DNA of 64,000 bases, taken from the NCBI GenBank assembly GCA_038087875.1, contig CM075989.1, forward strand, positions 19,036,001 to 19,100,000. Reading direction: 5' to 3'. The position numbers and the translations under genes were made by a program. The stretch comes from Malacoraja senta. Its lineage: Eukaryota. The notes below the pieces were generated by a model. That model had not been told where the DNA came from. It was given only the letters and a program-made list of their open reading frames with translations, and did no database searches. This document shows, piece after piece, positions 38,671 to 51,607 of the stretch. Positions within the stretch are counted from its first letter, which is position 1, and each line of letters opens with the position of its first letter.

Positions 38671-39372
38671 ATTTTGATTCCAGATCTGGATCGGGCTCGG
38701 ATTCTGAGCAGGAGCAAGCGGCCTCGGAAAGCAATCCTTCCAGGAGCGAGAGTGAAAGGGAAGACAGAAATGAGGATGAAGATGAGAGAGAAGCTACTAA
38801 ACCTAGCAATAAAGAGCTGTTTGGGGAGGACAGCGAGGACGAAGGCTCGAGACACAATGGAAGTGAAGACATGTCCGAAAACCAGTCCATCGCTTTGGGG
38901 CAGTCTGACCAGGAGGACGTTCAGCATTCGGAAACAGAGCAACACAGTGGCTCAGAAGAGCATCAGTTTGAAAATGAAGATGACGACAATGTTTCTGATG
39001 CAGAGAGCATGCATTCGGACGCTGGCAGCGTTCGCTCCGACGCCGGTAGCGTGCACTCGGAGGCCGCAAGCGTTCACTCAGAAGCTGGAAGCGTGCACTC
39101 GGATGTCGCAAGTATCCGATCCCACTCCGAAGTTGGTAACGTCCATTCAGACGCTGGCAGTGTCCACTCCCGATCCGATGCCATGAGCAACCACTCACAC
39201 TCTGATGCTGCCAGTAACCAGTCGGACGCTGAGGAATCTGGAAAGGAGGTGCACTCTGAGAATGAGAAGTGGGAGCGGGCTTCCAGGAGTGATCAATCAG
39301 ACGAAGAGGAAAAAACTCACCATTCAGAAGAGGAGCAGCAACTGTCAGATGAAGAGCAAGAACGTAAATCAG
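38671..39372 (+). CDS. LEO1: LEO1 coding exon 2 (acidic Ser/Asp/Glu-rich region with KPSNKELFGEDSEDEG and heptapeptide repeats)
   Basis: Acceptor tttgcag; in frame with ORF 38652..39416; PSNKELFG-DSEDEG motif as in LEO1. Donor TCAG|GTATTC, phase 1. Confidence 0.93.
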
Positions 39373-39954
39373 GTATTCAAAAGCAAAAAATAAAAAACTT
39401 CAGATGCTGGAAATAGAAAATAAAAACAAAAAAGTGTGTACTCACAATGTCACACAGCATCCGTGTAATGAAGAAAGAGTTAACGTTTCAGGTCACTTGA
39501 AGGGTCATTCACCTGAAATGCCAGCTTTGTTGCTCTCTTCACAGATGCTGCCTGCACTGTTTTATATCTGGAGCCTTTGCTGGTTTTCTGACACAAATTA
39601 GGTGATTTATAAATAAAACAAATCTATGAGGCAAGACCTTTGCTTCCAATGGCAAAATAATATAAATTATTTCCCCAACTATAGAATTCACTTCTTTCAC
39701 TTGCATGAAGGAATATAATTTGCTTTAATCAGCTATCAAAATTTTAAGTGGATAAAACTTGACTGCATTTTGTCATTTATAAACTCGTATTGAATTGGTC
39801 TCTCAAAATGTGATTGCAAGCAGCCTTGCATTTGTGATCGCTTTTGGTATTAAACTTTATTCCTGTGATTTTCCGTGAATTAAGCGAGCATTGATAGCGA
39901 GAGGTTCCTAAGTCTGATGCTAATCTTTTAAATCATTCTCAATTTCAGTTGCAG

Positions 39955-40056
39955 GATCTGCAAGAGGTAGTGATAGTGAAGAGGAAATAGTTCGACACAA
40001 GTCAAAAAAATTAATTGCTTCGGATTCTGACTCTGACACCAATATAAAGGATAAAG
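39955..40056 (+). CDS. LEO1: LEO1 coding exon 3 (SARGSDSEEE...ASDSDSDT)
   Basis: Acceptor ttgcag (an in-frame alternative AG lies 6 nt upstream). SARGSDSE motif. Donor G|GTAA, phase 1. Confidence 0.9.
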
Positions 40057-40193
40057 GTAACACTTTTCACGACGTTTTCACGCTGCTACATACATTTTGT
40101 ACTTTATTGAAAGGATGACAATTTTATAGCATTACCAGCTACGGATGGTGCAATATTTTTTCTGAGGATGTTGGTGCTATGTCTGTGTTGCAG

Positions 40194-40285
40194 ATAAAAT
40201 AGATGGAGATGATCTTTTTGGAGGTGCAGATGATATTTCATCTGACAGTGAAGGTGAGAAACCTCCCACTCCAGGCCAACCTGCA
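40194..40285 (+). CDS. LEO1: LEO1 coding exon 4 ([24 protein letters not shown])
   Basis: Acceptor gttgcag; [11 protein letters not shown] and [11 protein letters not shown]1 motifs; donor GTAAGT, phase 0. Confidence 0.95.
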
Positions 40286-40591
40286 GTAAGTATTTATTTG
40301 AAGCTGTATCATACATTCTTTTGATTGAATTTCCTAGAAATCTTATATAGCAATTGATTTTAAGATGTGCTTTACTAAGAAATCTGGACAGATGATGGAC
40401 AAGTAGGTAAAAAAAAAAGAAAGAAATTAAACTGCAAGGAATGGATTCATCTACAATTGCATTATTGCAGCCAGAATAGGCTACTAAAAAGAAGTCATGT
40501 AATGGCCTTAATAAGATTACTCTCGTAGTTGGCATGGCATCAGTGGGTCGAATGGTGTTCTGTGTCTTGGGGGGAACATGAGAAATTAGAT

Positions 40592-40887
40592 TTTAGTTTA
40601 GTTTAGAGAAACAGGGCAGAAACAGGCCCTTCGGCCCACCGAGCGCGTGCCAACCAAGGATCCCCACACATTAACGCTATGCACACGTGGGACAATTTAC
40701 AATTATACCAAGCCAATTAACCTACAAAACTGTACGTCATAGAAGTGTGGGAGGAAACCGGAGACCCCGGAGAAAACCCGCGCAGGTTACGGGGCGACCG
40801 TACAGACAAGCACCCGTAGTCAGGTTCAAAACCCAGGTCTCTGGTGCTGTAAGGCCGCAACTCCACCGCTGCGTTGCCATGCCGCCC
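40592..40887 (-). mobile_element. HE1 SINE in LEO1 intron 4
   Basis: Full-length copy. Confidence 0.85.
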
Positions 40888-41337
40888 GTAACCAGATGTA
40901 CCAAATACCTCATTGTAGGATGATTCTCTAAAACTGTATCCTGAGATTGTTATGAAGTAAAAAAAAAATTAATATCTAGTGAATATTTTTTGTAAAAATA
41001 TTTCTAGTGAAATCGTTTTTGAGGCTATGAAAGTTTAAAAGGAAAATTTGTTTAATCGGTTGGTTAGAGTTAATGTATAGGGCATGGAATTGGGATCATC
41101 GCTACAAAAATCAAAATAAGTTCTTAGCCTGCCATTGCATAAGGTTACCGTGTTATTTTTCTTTTGTTAAACAATTGATTTGTTCATTTATCATTTTCAT
41201 TGAAAGTTTGGTAATAGCATTTTAATTGGTTTAGTGATAATGACAATGATACCACTAAATGATGGCATTTACCATTTTGTGTTGTACACTTTTACATCCA
41301 TCCCTTCCGCCTTTTACTAATTGTGTATTTGCTTTAG

Positions 41338-41483
41338 GATGATTATGACATGGATCATGATCATGCAGAAGAAGAACCAATTTCAGAGACACGGATAGAA
41401 GTCGAGATTCCCAAAGTGAACACTGATTTAGGAAATGATCTATACTTTGTTAAACTGCCTAACTTCCTCAGCGTGGAACCCAG
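41338..41483 (+). CDS. LEO1: LEO1 coding exon 5 (start of Leo1 domain: [32 protein letters not shown])
   Basis: Branch-like TACTAAT upstream, acceptor ctttag. Translation essentially identical to vertebrate LEO1. Donor AG|GTAC, phase 2. Confidence 0.97.
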
Positions 41484-41985
41484 GTACTTCAACTTGTGTT
41501 GTATCTAAAATATTGAAGTGAATACAAAGGTCAAGATCACACGGGGTTTAGATTGGATTACATTCCATCGTCTCCAAAAATGTTTCCCTCAGGATTTTAT
41601 CTACCAAATCTTAAATAATATCAAGGATTTTGACTAATGTCTAAGAGACTCCCCTACCATCTACCAAAATCGGTTCAGTGTAGGGAATTACTGGAGATGA
41701 TTCTTCTTAGTTCATTCTTTTCAAAGCTAAATGTCTTCACTTTTTTCATGTCTTTCAATGTTAGCGATTGGTCTGACTTTTCAAATTGCACCTCGATTTT
41801 CAGACTCCTTGCATATTGATGGCCAAAACTGAACATCGTACTTGTGTTGTGCTATATTTCGAGGGTGTGAACTCGGGTTTACACGGAATACATTAAGATT
41901 ATGATACTTATTTTCTTTAAAGGCATATTTTAAAATCCATTGTGCCCATTTTTCAAACTTTAAGCTTTCTGTTTGTTTTCTTAAG

Positions 41986-42070
41986 ACCATTCGATTCTCA
42001 GTACTATGAAGATGAATTTGAAGATGAAGAAATGCTGGATGAAGAGGGTAGAACAAGACTTAAATTAAAG
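41986..42070 (+). CDS. LEO1: LEO1 coding exon 6 ([28 protein letters not shown])
   Basis: Polypyrimidine tract plus AAG acceptor; conserved peptide; donor AAG|GTAAT, phase 0. Confidence 0.97.
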
Positions 42071-42285
42071 GTAATGCCCACAAACCCTCCCATTCCCACT
42101 CCAAGGTAATTGGTAAATGTGTCTGATGGCTATGATTTTGCTGCATATATTTTTATATGCCGCCCTATTGGTAGCCACTGGGTAGAGAGAGAGAGAGAGA
42201 GAGAGATAGACTGGAGAACCATGGAGGTTAAATTCAACACTGATGGGAATCTTAAACCTTACAATTATTTGTCTTCTGATCGCAG

Positions 42286-42380
42286 GTGGAAAACACAATT
42301 CGCTGGCGAATACGCAAGGATGAAGAAGGAACTGACATTCGTGAAAGTAATGCGCGAATAGTAAAATGGTCAGATGGAAG
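42286..42380 (+). CDS. LEO1: LEO1 coding exon 7 ([15 protein letters not shown]...[12 protein letters not shown])
   Basis: Acceptor cgcag; conserved Leo1-domain peptide; donor AG|GTTGGT, phase 2. Confidence 0.97.
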
Positions 42381-43399
42381 GTTGGTAATATTTATTTACC
42401 AACTAAAGTGTCTCTAACAGATGATAAAAGCTGTAAGATTTACTTTTTCATAATGTAGCTTTAAAGTATTCTGATTTCTTGTGAGGATCTCGATTTAAGT
42501 TTGCTTATTAATTTATGTATCGTCTCACACCTTTGGAAAAATTACAGTGTGCTTAACTGGATATAGTTGTAACACCAGCAATGTGGAAGGGAAGCTTCCT
42601 TGCTTAGAAAATAAACATGTGCATGCTATATATTAAAAGGGAGAGTGGAAAAGAGAAGAAAACTTTAATTGATAGATTATTTGAATTCATTTTAACAGGC
42701 AAAATTGGGAGATAGGTTAAAATGTTTGGATTTGAGAAACATGAGATCTGCCTCTATTAGACAACTTTTGGATTTTACCGCAGAATATTGAATAGACCAC
42801 CGATGCATTCTCAAAAGCTAGATGAGTTGGTTTTTTTTGGAGTGGGAGGTTCCTCAGGCTTAACTGATTACCTGGTGGATCTCTTGTTTTTTTTTGTAAA
42901 TCCAGCAAGTAAAGGGAGGCAAGAGCAGCTTGGAAATACAATGGTTAGACGAGATCAATCACGTTCTCGAAGGTATAGATCTGTTAATCTGCAATGTGGG
43001 TGTTTGGAGATGCTGATGGTACGGTCCCTGTTTCCCATCCTCACGTTGAAGTGCTTTGGGCCCCCATTTGTTGTGCTTCCATTTCCTGCACTCCCTTTAA
43101 AGCCCACCAAGGTGCTATTTCCTGCACTCCGTTCAAACTTTCCAGGTTTAAAATGTATCCATTTCTTTGTAACATTTAAAAATAAAAGAATTGAGAGTGT
43201 ATGGGATGTTAATGTGAATAGTCCAGAAAATCTGCCCGGCTAATATTACCAAATTCCCAAGTGTGATAGTTTATTGGAGTGTGTTTGAACTATTCTTGGG
43301 CTATTTTGTACTTACAGTAAAATTCAGTGGCTTGTGAATTTCTGTGATATTTAAAGAAACAAATCTCAAGAAACCGAACACTGCATATAGCATTTATGA

Positions 43400-43609
<210 letters not shown>

Positions 43610-44715
43610 TGATTATCTCAAACTGCTGTAAAAATGTTGCATAACTTATGAAATTGTTAAAGAGTGTTTATCTTTATCAGAAGTATTTGTTGGGAATGAA
43701 CTCACTTTTTAAAAACTCTATGCCTGTTCTTGCAGTGGAAAATATGTTATTAAAATTGATCTTAAAAAAGATAATTCAAATTCTCTCTTTGTAATCAGAA
43801 CAAAGTTATGTTGTAACTTTGAGTTTAGCTGTGAGAATTGACACAGATTTCAGTTGCCTTACTTCAACCCAGTTAATAAATGAAATCAACATCTTTACTC
43901 ACTATTGCTTTCCTAATGATAACCAAAAGGAGACCCACCCCTTCTCCTCCCTCTCTCCCCTGCCCACCTCACCCCAATATGTACCAATCGCTTGTACCAC
44001 CCCAGTTGCCCTCCTCTTTTCTCCCCTATACGCTCATTTCCCATCTCCTTGTTGCCTTTCACTCACCTTTTACCCCTCCCCATGTTCCCTTCCACCCGTA
44101 GCCTTCCCTCGGGCTTTATATTACACTCCTTGTCTCTTTATCTGATACCCTTTTATGTCCTTTTCACCTCTAGCCTTTGTCATTTACTCCACTCATCTGT
44201 CAATCACCCCCTCTTACCTCTATCTACCTATCACTTGCCAAGCTTTACCCCACTTCCACCTCCCTTTTCCAGCTTTTTGCCCCCTACTCCATCAGTCGAA
44301 AGAAAGGTCCAGAACACAAAATGTTATCTGTCCATTCCTCCATAGATGATACCTGACCCACTGAGTTCCTCCAGCACTTTGTGCTTTGCTGAAGATTCCA
44401 GCATCACAAGTTTCTCCTCTTTGTTTCACCACAGTCATTTGGGGTTTCTTTCTGGAATATAATTTTTTTTAAATGGTCATAGAAGCTCATAAACCATACT
44501 TGATGTTCAAATTGTTTGAAAATGTCATCTTAGTCCTACTTTATTTTAACCTTTCCACTTCATAAATAGCCAGCCGTCATTTTGGAATATTTTATAGCCA
44601 CTGATGCCCTCTAGTGCTTGCCTAATGTCCACTCTTCATGTATGAACTGAAATAGCTTGTGTGGACAAGATAGGCACAAGAACCATAACCAAGTCTATTC
44701 TCAACTCTGCTTCTC

Positions 44716-45082
44716 AGTTCAGTTTAGTTTATTGTCACGTGTACCGAGGTAAGTGAAAAACATTTTTTGTGTGTGAACCAGCCAGCGGAAAGACAATACA
44801 TGATTACAATCAAGCCTTTCACAGTGTACAGATACGCAATAAGGGAATAATGTTTAGTGCCAGATATAGCAAGCAAAGTCCGATCAAAGATAGTCCGAAG
44901 GTCCCCGATGAGGTAGATAGTAGTTCAGGACTGCTCTCTGGTTGCGGTAGGATGATTCAGTTGCCTGATAACAGCTGGGAAGAAACTGTCCCTGAATCTG
45001 GAGGTATGCGTTTTCACACTTCCATATCTTTTGCCCTATCGGAGATGGGAGAAGAGGGAGTGGCCAGGGTGTGACTCGTCCT
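44716..45082 (-). mobile_element. Rex1/Babar-like LINE 3' tail
   Basis: Reverse complement of the tail also seen at 1517-1815 and 61205-61523 (SRFRDSFFPAVIRQLN-type end, 3' UTR, AATAAACTAAAC). Confidence 0.75.
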
Positions 45083-45264
45083 TTCTCAGTGGATGACAAT
45101 CTAGTGGAGTTCAGTATTTACCTCCATAAAGCCAGTTTATTATCACCCAATCTGAACATCAGTATCCTCCTGAGTATCATTCTATACATTGGAATTATCC
45201 CTGTGGCTCTCAAGTGAATGTACTGTTCTAAATGGTAAATATATATGTTTTATAAAAAGATTAG

Positions 45265-45519
<255 letters not shown>

Positions 45520-45530
45520 TGAAAAGATTA

Positions 45531-45828
45531 AAGCAGACCCTTCAGCCCACTGAGTTCATGCCGACCATCGATCACCCATTCATTCTAGTTCTATGTTATC
45601 ACATTTTCCCATCCACTCCATGCACACCTGGGGCAATTTACAGAGGCCAATCAACCTACAAACCCACACGTCTTCAGGATGTGGGAGAAAACTGGAGCAC
45701 CCCGAAGAAACCCATGTGGTCAGAGGGAGGACGTGCAAACTCCACATAGACAGCACCTGAGGTCAGGATTGAACCCGGGTCTCTGGCGCTGTGAAGCAGC
45801 AGCTCTACCAGCTGCCTCACTGTGCCGC
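45531..45828 (-). mobile_element. HE1 SINE in LEO1 intron 9
   Basis: Near full-length copy filling most of the intron. Confidence 0.85.
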
Positions 45829-45891
45829 CAGTGTTGTACAATTACAATTGTTTGTAACTGCACCTAACTGCAAATTGTCTTCGATTGGCAG

Positions 45892-46075
45892 AAAGAGGAG
45901 GAGCGTCTCAAAGCTTCTATTAGAAGAGAATCTCAGCAACGTAGAATGAGAGAGAAGCAGAGCCAGCGAGGTCTGAGCTCCTCCTACCTGGAACCTGATC
46001 GTTACGATGAGGAGGAGGATGGCGATGATACCATCAGCCTTGCAGCCATCAAAAACAAGTTCAAAGGGATCAGAG
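45892..46075 (+). CDS. LEO1: LEO1 coding exon 10 ([23 protein letters not shown]...[10 protein letters not shown]...[11 protein letters not shown])
   Basis: Branch-like CCTAAC, acceptor ggcag; conserved peptide; donor G|GTATGT, phase 1. Confidence 0.97.
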
Positions 46076-46080
46076 GTATG

Positions 46081-46686
46081 TAGTCATAGTCATAGAGTGA
46101 TACAGTGTTAAAACAGGCCCTTTGGCCCAACTCACCCACACCGGCCAACAATCCCTAGTCGCACTTGCCTGCGCTTGGTCCATAATCTTCTAAACCTGTC
46201 CTATCCATGTAGCTGTTCAACCGTTTCCTAAACAATGGGATAGTCCCAGCCCCAACTACCTCCTCTGGCAGCTTGTTCCATACACCCACCATCCTCTGTG
46301 TGAAAAAGTGACCTCTCGGATTCCTATTAAATCTTTTCCCCTTCACCTTGAACCTATGTACTCTGGTCCTTGATTCCCCTACTTTGGGCGAAAGACTCTG
46401 CATCTACCCGATCTATTCCTCTCATGATTGTGTATACATCTTCCCTCATCCTCCTACGCTGCATGGAATAGAGACTCAGCCTGCTCAACCTCTCCCTATA
46501 GTTCACACCCCCTAGCCCTGGCAACATCCTCGTAAATCTTTTCTGAACCCTTTCAAGCTTGACAATATATTCTCTATAACATGGTGCCCAGAACTGAACA
46601 CAATATTCTAAATGCGGTCTCACCAACGTCTTATACAACTGCAACACGACCTCCCAACTTCGATACTCAATACACTGACTGATGAA
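46081..46686 (-). mobile_element. CR1 3' fragment in LEO1 intron 10
   Basis: LYKTLVRPHLEYCVQFWAP...ERVQKRFTRMLPG in ORF 46354..46803, and FFTQRMVGVWNKLP in ORF 46155..46403. Confidence 0.9.
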
Positions 46687-47771
46687 GTCAGACTGTGGAC
46701 TGTGACTCTGCACGCTGCCTCTACACTTCACGCTGCCTCGGGAAAGCAGCCGACATAATAATATACCTTTCCCAACCCGCTGTTTCTTAATGCATTGCAT
46801 CATTTTCCATGTACTTTGTACCTCGATGTGTTTGTGTCAGATTACTGCTGTAAATCGCTTCCCAATTTCTGAATCTGTATCTCATTGTTTTCGATGTTTA
46901 ATTTTGGTGAATTCTTTTTACATAGAGAATTTGGTAATACTTTCAGCTTCAAAGGAATCAGATAACAAGTATAACTTTTTTTTAAACTCTCAAAATTAGG
47001 GGCCTGTGGAAATTGCAGGAATATGTGCCTAATTTAACTTTGTTGGTAGGTTATTAATGGTGAGATATATTTGATAATTTTTGTTACGGTAGGAATCCTA
47101 CCTCTACTTTCATGAGGAGCTTAATGTTAATAATAATAATACATTAATAGGAGACTAGTGATTATTTAGGGAACTAAGCATTTTTATTGCTGAGAAACAC
47201 GTTAAGATGATACAACAGTTTTTAAAAGTTGAAATGACAATTTAAAAACCCAATTGAGGCTAAAGGTGGCAAGTATTGGAGAAAATGCACATAATCCTGA
47301 TTTTTCAACGCAGTTTTTAGGTAGTCGTGTGGTAATGGCAGCCGAGAGTTTACAATCCTGTCCTTGCCATTTTTCTCATTGACATCCAGCCCATGATAAT
47401 TTTAGAACAAAGTAGCTAGAAACCCACATTAAATATTGAACCAGATGGCTGTGCTCTATAATTGGGTATAATATGTAATATTATGATGTAATATTTTTCC
47501 AATAGGTGGCATGCACAGCACTGTAGGAAACCGAGTCAACAAACTGGTAACCTTTAGAGGTGAAAGATGCAGGCAGACAGAAAATAAGCTTTGCTGGGCC
47601 AGGAAGATCATTGCTGACAACACTTTCTAAACCTCTGTGTGCCACTTCTCCTCTCCACCCGAAAATTCCACTAATGCACAATTTTTGTCGTGGTTCCACA
47701 GATTTCTTGCTCCCATGACCATTCTATGAGTGGTTTCTCAACAGTAGCTTACAGATGTTAGTACAATGAGA

Positions 47772-48013
47772 ATAGACACAAAATGCTGGAGTAACTCAAC
47801 GGGTCAGGTAGCATCTCTGGAGAAAACAAATAGGTTTTTATTTCAGGTCGAGACCCTTCTTCGGTCTACTAGACTACTAAGGTCTGGAGAAGGGCCTGAC
47901 CCAAAATGTCACCTATTCCTTTTCTCCAGAGATGCTGCCTGACCCACTGAGTTATTCCAATATTTTGTGCCTATCTTCAGTGTAAACCAGCGTCTGCAAT
48001 TCCTTCCTACACA
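47772..48013 (+). mobile_element. Fold-back PLE-tail derivative (second subfamily) in LEO1 intron 10
   Basis: Antisense arm plus sense arm; TSD TTA(G/T)TACAATGAGA at 47758-47771 and 48014-48027. Confidence 0.85.
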
Positions 48014-48485
48014 TTATTACAATGAGACACACTCAGCATACTTCACTCATGCCAGTGTGCTCCATGCCTGATTCTGTATGCAAGTTCTTCCACAGCCTCG
48101 GCAGCATGTTTGTTCACACAAAGGTAGAAGCAATATTAGTGAGGACATTATGAGATTACAGGCGTTTAGCAATACTCCAAAATGTATCCTCAATTGAAAT
48201 TCTGCTGTGTGACAGTTTGCGAGTCTTTAACAAACTCGTGAAATGTATCTCTCCCTTATATTAACCATAATCTGGTAATGCCCCACAGCGGAGTATGTAT
48301 TCCATTCATACAGATACATTCTATTATAGACTTCTCTCTCCACTGCTAAAACCAAGCCAGTGAATTGTAAATCACACTATTTAGTATTGAAAGCTACAAT
48401 ATCTCTTTAAAAGTTGTCATGTTTTTGAACAAAGGTGAGTGCTATAAATATCTACTTTAATATCTGTGTTTAATATCTATTCCAG

Positions 48486-48583
48486 AGGAGCGCGCCCGTA
48501 TTTATTCCTCAGATAGTGATGAAGGGTCTGATGATGACAAAGCACAGAGGCTCCTGAAAGCCAAGAAGCTTGACAGTGATGAG
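48486..48583 (+). CDS. LEO1: LEO1 coding exon 11 ([32 protein letters not shown])
   Basis: Acceptor ttccag; conserved peptide; donor GAG|GTTAGT, phase 0. Confidence 0.97.
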
Positions 48584-49423
48584 GTTAGTATGGAAAACCA
48601 ACATGCAGATGTCTTCATTTTAAAATACAAATTTGGAATTGTGTTCACAGGTTTCTCTTGGAAGGTTGAAACGAATATTATCATTGATAGTGGAAAGATT
48701 TTAAACTTTATATATTAACAAAGTCATATATATGTCATCTTTAACTAAGATTTTACATTGAGAGCCAGAGTCATGGAGCACAGAAACTGGCCTTTCAACC
48801 CAACTAAATACCCCATCTAAGCTGGTCCCATTTTCCTCCGTTTGGCCCATATCCCTCTAAACCATTCCTGTCCATATATCTCTTCAAATGTCTTTTAATT
48901 GTTGTAATAGTACATGCCTTAGTTCTATCCTATCCAACCTCTCCCTGTTGCTCAGGCCCTCAAATCTTGGTAACATCCTCGTTAGTCATCTCTGCACTCT
49001 TTTCAGTTTAATGGCATCTTTACTTTGGTTGGGTGACCTAAACTGAGCACAATACCCCAAGTGCGGCCTTGCCAAATTTGGTCTGTTCAGACTTGCAGAA
49101 AATAATCCAGTTGATTAAAACTAAATTAAAATTTATAAATGACTAGGAAAGTTTCAGAGGAGTATGGACCAAATGCAGGAAGTCGGGCCCGGCATAGATG
49201 TGGCATCTTGATCGGTATGGACAAGTTGGGCCAAAGAGTCTGTTCCCCTGCAGTATGATTTTATGACTCTAAGTGCCTTCACTTGATGTGTAACATCTAT
49301 TTGGTTGAAGATTTGTGAGAAAGCATTTAATAAATGCCGCAACATGTACAGCAAAATCGTGCTTTATTGGAACATCAAAAGCTGTATTTTAAGTTGTAGG
49401 AATGAGAAGTTTGTCCCTTGGGG

Positions 49424-49826
49424 TCATAAGTGATGTGAGCAGAATTAGGCCAGTTGGCCCATCAAGTCCACTCTGCCATTCAATCATGGCTGATCTATCT
49501 CTCCCTCCTAACCCAATTCTCCTGCCTTCTCCCCATAACCTCTGACTTCCATACTAATCAAGAATCTATCTATCTCTGCCTTCAAAATATCCATTGGCAT
49601 CCTCCACAGCCTTCCGTGGCAAAGAATTTCACAGGTTCACCATCCTCATCTCCTTAAAGGAATGTCCTTTAGTTCTGAGGCTATGACCTCTAGTCCTAGA
49701 TTCTCCCACTAGTGGAAACATCCTCCCCACATTCGCTCTATCCAAGCCTTTCACTATTCGGTAAGCTTCAATGAGGCCCCCCCTTATTCTTCTAAACTTC
49801 AGCGAGTACAGGCCCACTGCCGTCAA
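49424..49826 (-). mobile_element. CR1 3' fragment in LEO1 intron 11
   Basis: LYSLKFRRIRGGLIEAYRIVKGLDR...SRTRGHSL. Confidence 0.8.
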
Positions 49827-50893
49827 AGGGGATCAAAGTAAACTTTGATTTGTGAATGTTTAGTACTTGTCACGGTAAGGTGGATTTAAGTTGTAAGCAT
49901 TTTTTTCCATTGTCAGTGTTATGATGACTGTGATTAGTGTATGAAATCATGATTGCTCTATTTTGGTAGGTGAGGGGAGGGGTGAGAAATAATTTAGTTG
50001 AAGCTTTGTGTTTCTCTGGGGAGGTGTTTCTCCTGCCTGAACAGACAATGAGCGAGTGGTTTGAGTGAGTGGGTGACCCACACCACTCTGCTGTGTGGTT
50101 AAGGATGTGGTGAGACGACTGCATAAGGAAACAAAATGGAAATAAATTGTGAAATGTAATGTTTTATCAACATTTAGAATTTAAAGAAAGGATCCATGGT
50201 TTGTGAAATGCTAAGTTTGATATTTAACCCAGAAGTTAGATTTTTAGTCAATTTCATTTGCATCCTAGTAAATAGTTTATTATTTAACGTGTTTAAACAT
50301 TTTTATTAAAATGGATCAAGGATGGATTTTTTTTTTCTCAATAAAAGGTAGCTATACTTATTTGTATTGCTGGAGCACTGGAAGATGGTCCAAGTTGATA
50401 CCTCCTGAGAATCTTCCAAGTACCTCTCAAATCTATTTCTGGAATCCCCGAGACAAATGATGGCAGACGTTGGTGTTACAGTGCCTAATGACTGCTCAGC
50501 AGAAGCTGCAGGGATGAAATAAGCAGCTAGACTAATTTTGCCCTGTATTTTATACATACGGACTTAAATTTCCTCTATCTTTTAACATGTAATGCCAAAA
50601 TGAAATGTTTGACCATTGAAAGATGATGACCAGATGCAGTAAAGCTCTGAAGATTCTGATGGTGCAGCATATGCCTTATTCACAAGTCCAGGCAGAGAGC
50701 TGAGAGTCCCGAGTGCAGGCAGGGGTGCAGCCAGAGTCAGCGTATGCTGATGGGGCTGGAGTGAGGGTCCAGAACGCCAGGTAGAAGGAACGTGTGTCTG
50801 GGTCTGGGGTCTTTGAACTCTACACGTTAAAAAAACAAAACAAAAGTGTGCTTGTTTTTAATAGGAATAACACCCAATAGTGTTGAAGCTTTG

Positions 50894-51085
50894 ATGGTAG
50901 ACAAAAGTGCTGGAGAAACTCAGCGGGTGCGGCAGCATCAATGGAGCGAAGGAAATAGGCAACGTTTCGGCCCGAAACCTTGCCTATTTTCTTCGCTCCA
51001 TAGATGCTGCCGCACCCGCTGAGTTTCTCCAGCACTTTTGTCTACCTTCGATTTTCCAACATCTGCAGTTCCTTCTTAAAAACAA
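50894..51085 (+). mobile_element. Fold-back PLE-tail derivative in LEO1 intron 11
   Basis: Same architecture as the 34463 copy; perfect 15-bp TSD AGTGTTGAAGCTTTG at 50879-50893 and 51086-51100. Confidence 0.9.
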
Positions 51086-51336
51086 AGTGTTGAAGCTTTG
51101 TCTGTCCGGCACATCCAAAGTCCAAAAGGTGATGCTTCTAGTGGGACTGGCTTGGTTAGACACTGGTCGGCATGGACGAGCTAGGCCAAAGGGCCTGTTT
51201 CCATGTTGTATAACTCTGAGTCTATAAAAATAAACCTTATCACACCTGTCAATACAATAATCATATTGGCAACTTATACTCTTTCTTTACTTTCTTTCCT
51301 TTCTCTTTTCTCCAAAACCACCTTCCCCCACATTAG

Positions 51337-51438
51337 GACGGTGAACATTCTGGAAAGAGAAAAGCGGAAAATGATGACAAAGGTTCCAGCAAAAGAGCAA
51401 AGAAGTATGTGATTAGTGATGAAGAGGACGATGAGTGA
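51337..51438 (+). CDS. LEO1: LEO1 last coding exon 12 (DGEHSGKRKAE...KKYVISDEEDDE*)
   Basis: Long pyrimidine tract plus TAG acceptor; SGKRKAE and KKYVISDEE motifs; TGA at 51436-51438. The 12 exons sum to 1935 nt = 644 aa + stop. Confidence 0.96.
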   Translation, partial: DGEHSGKRKAENDDKGSSKRAKKYVISDEEDDE

Positions 51439-51601
51439 GATCGCCAGAGTCGGCTGGCTTGTGTCAACAAACATTAACTTGTACAGTTATTTTGTAAGTA
51501 GCTATGTTGTCTGAATTTTTTTGGGGAGATGACTTTGGTAATCATTTGAAATTTGGTGATTCATGTATGTACCAAGATTTAAAAATTAAATCTTTTATAT
51601 A

Positions 51602-51607
51602 AATAAA
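51602..51607 (+). terminator. Probable LEO1 polyadenylation signal AATAAA (ATTAAA also at 51585-51590)
   Basis: About 165 nt after the stop; TGTA elements upstream and GT/T-rich sequence downstream. Confidence 0.6.

Noticed and set aside
38634..39198. Alternative-frame and antisense ORFs over LEO1 exon 2
   Set aside because: Shadows of a low-complexity coding exon.
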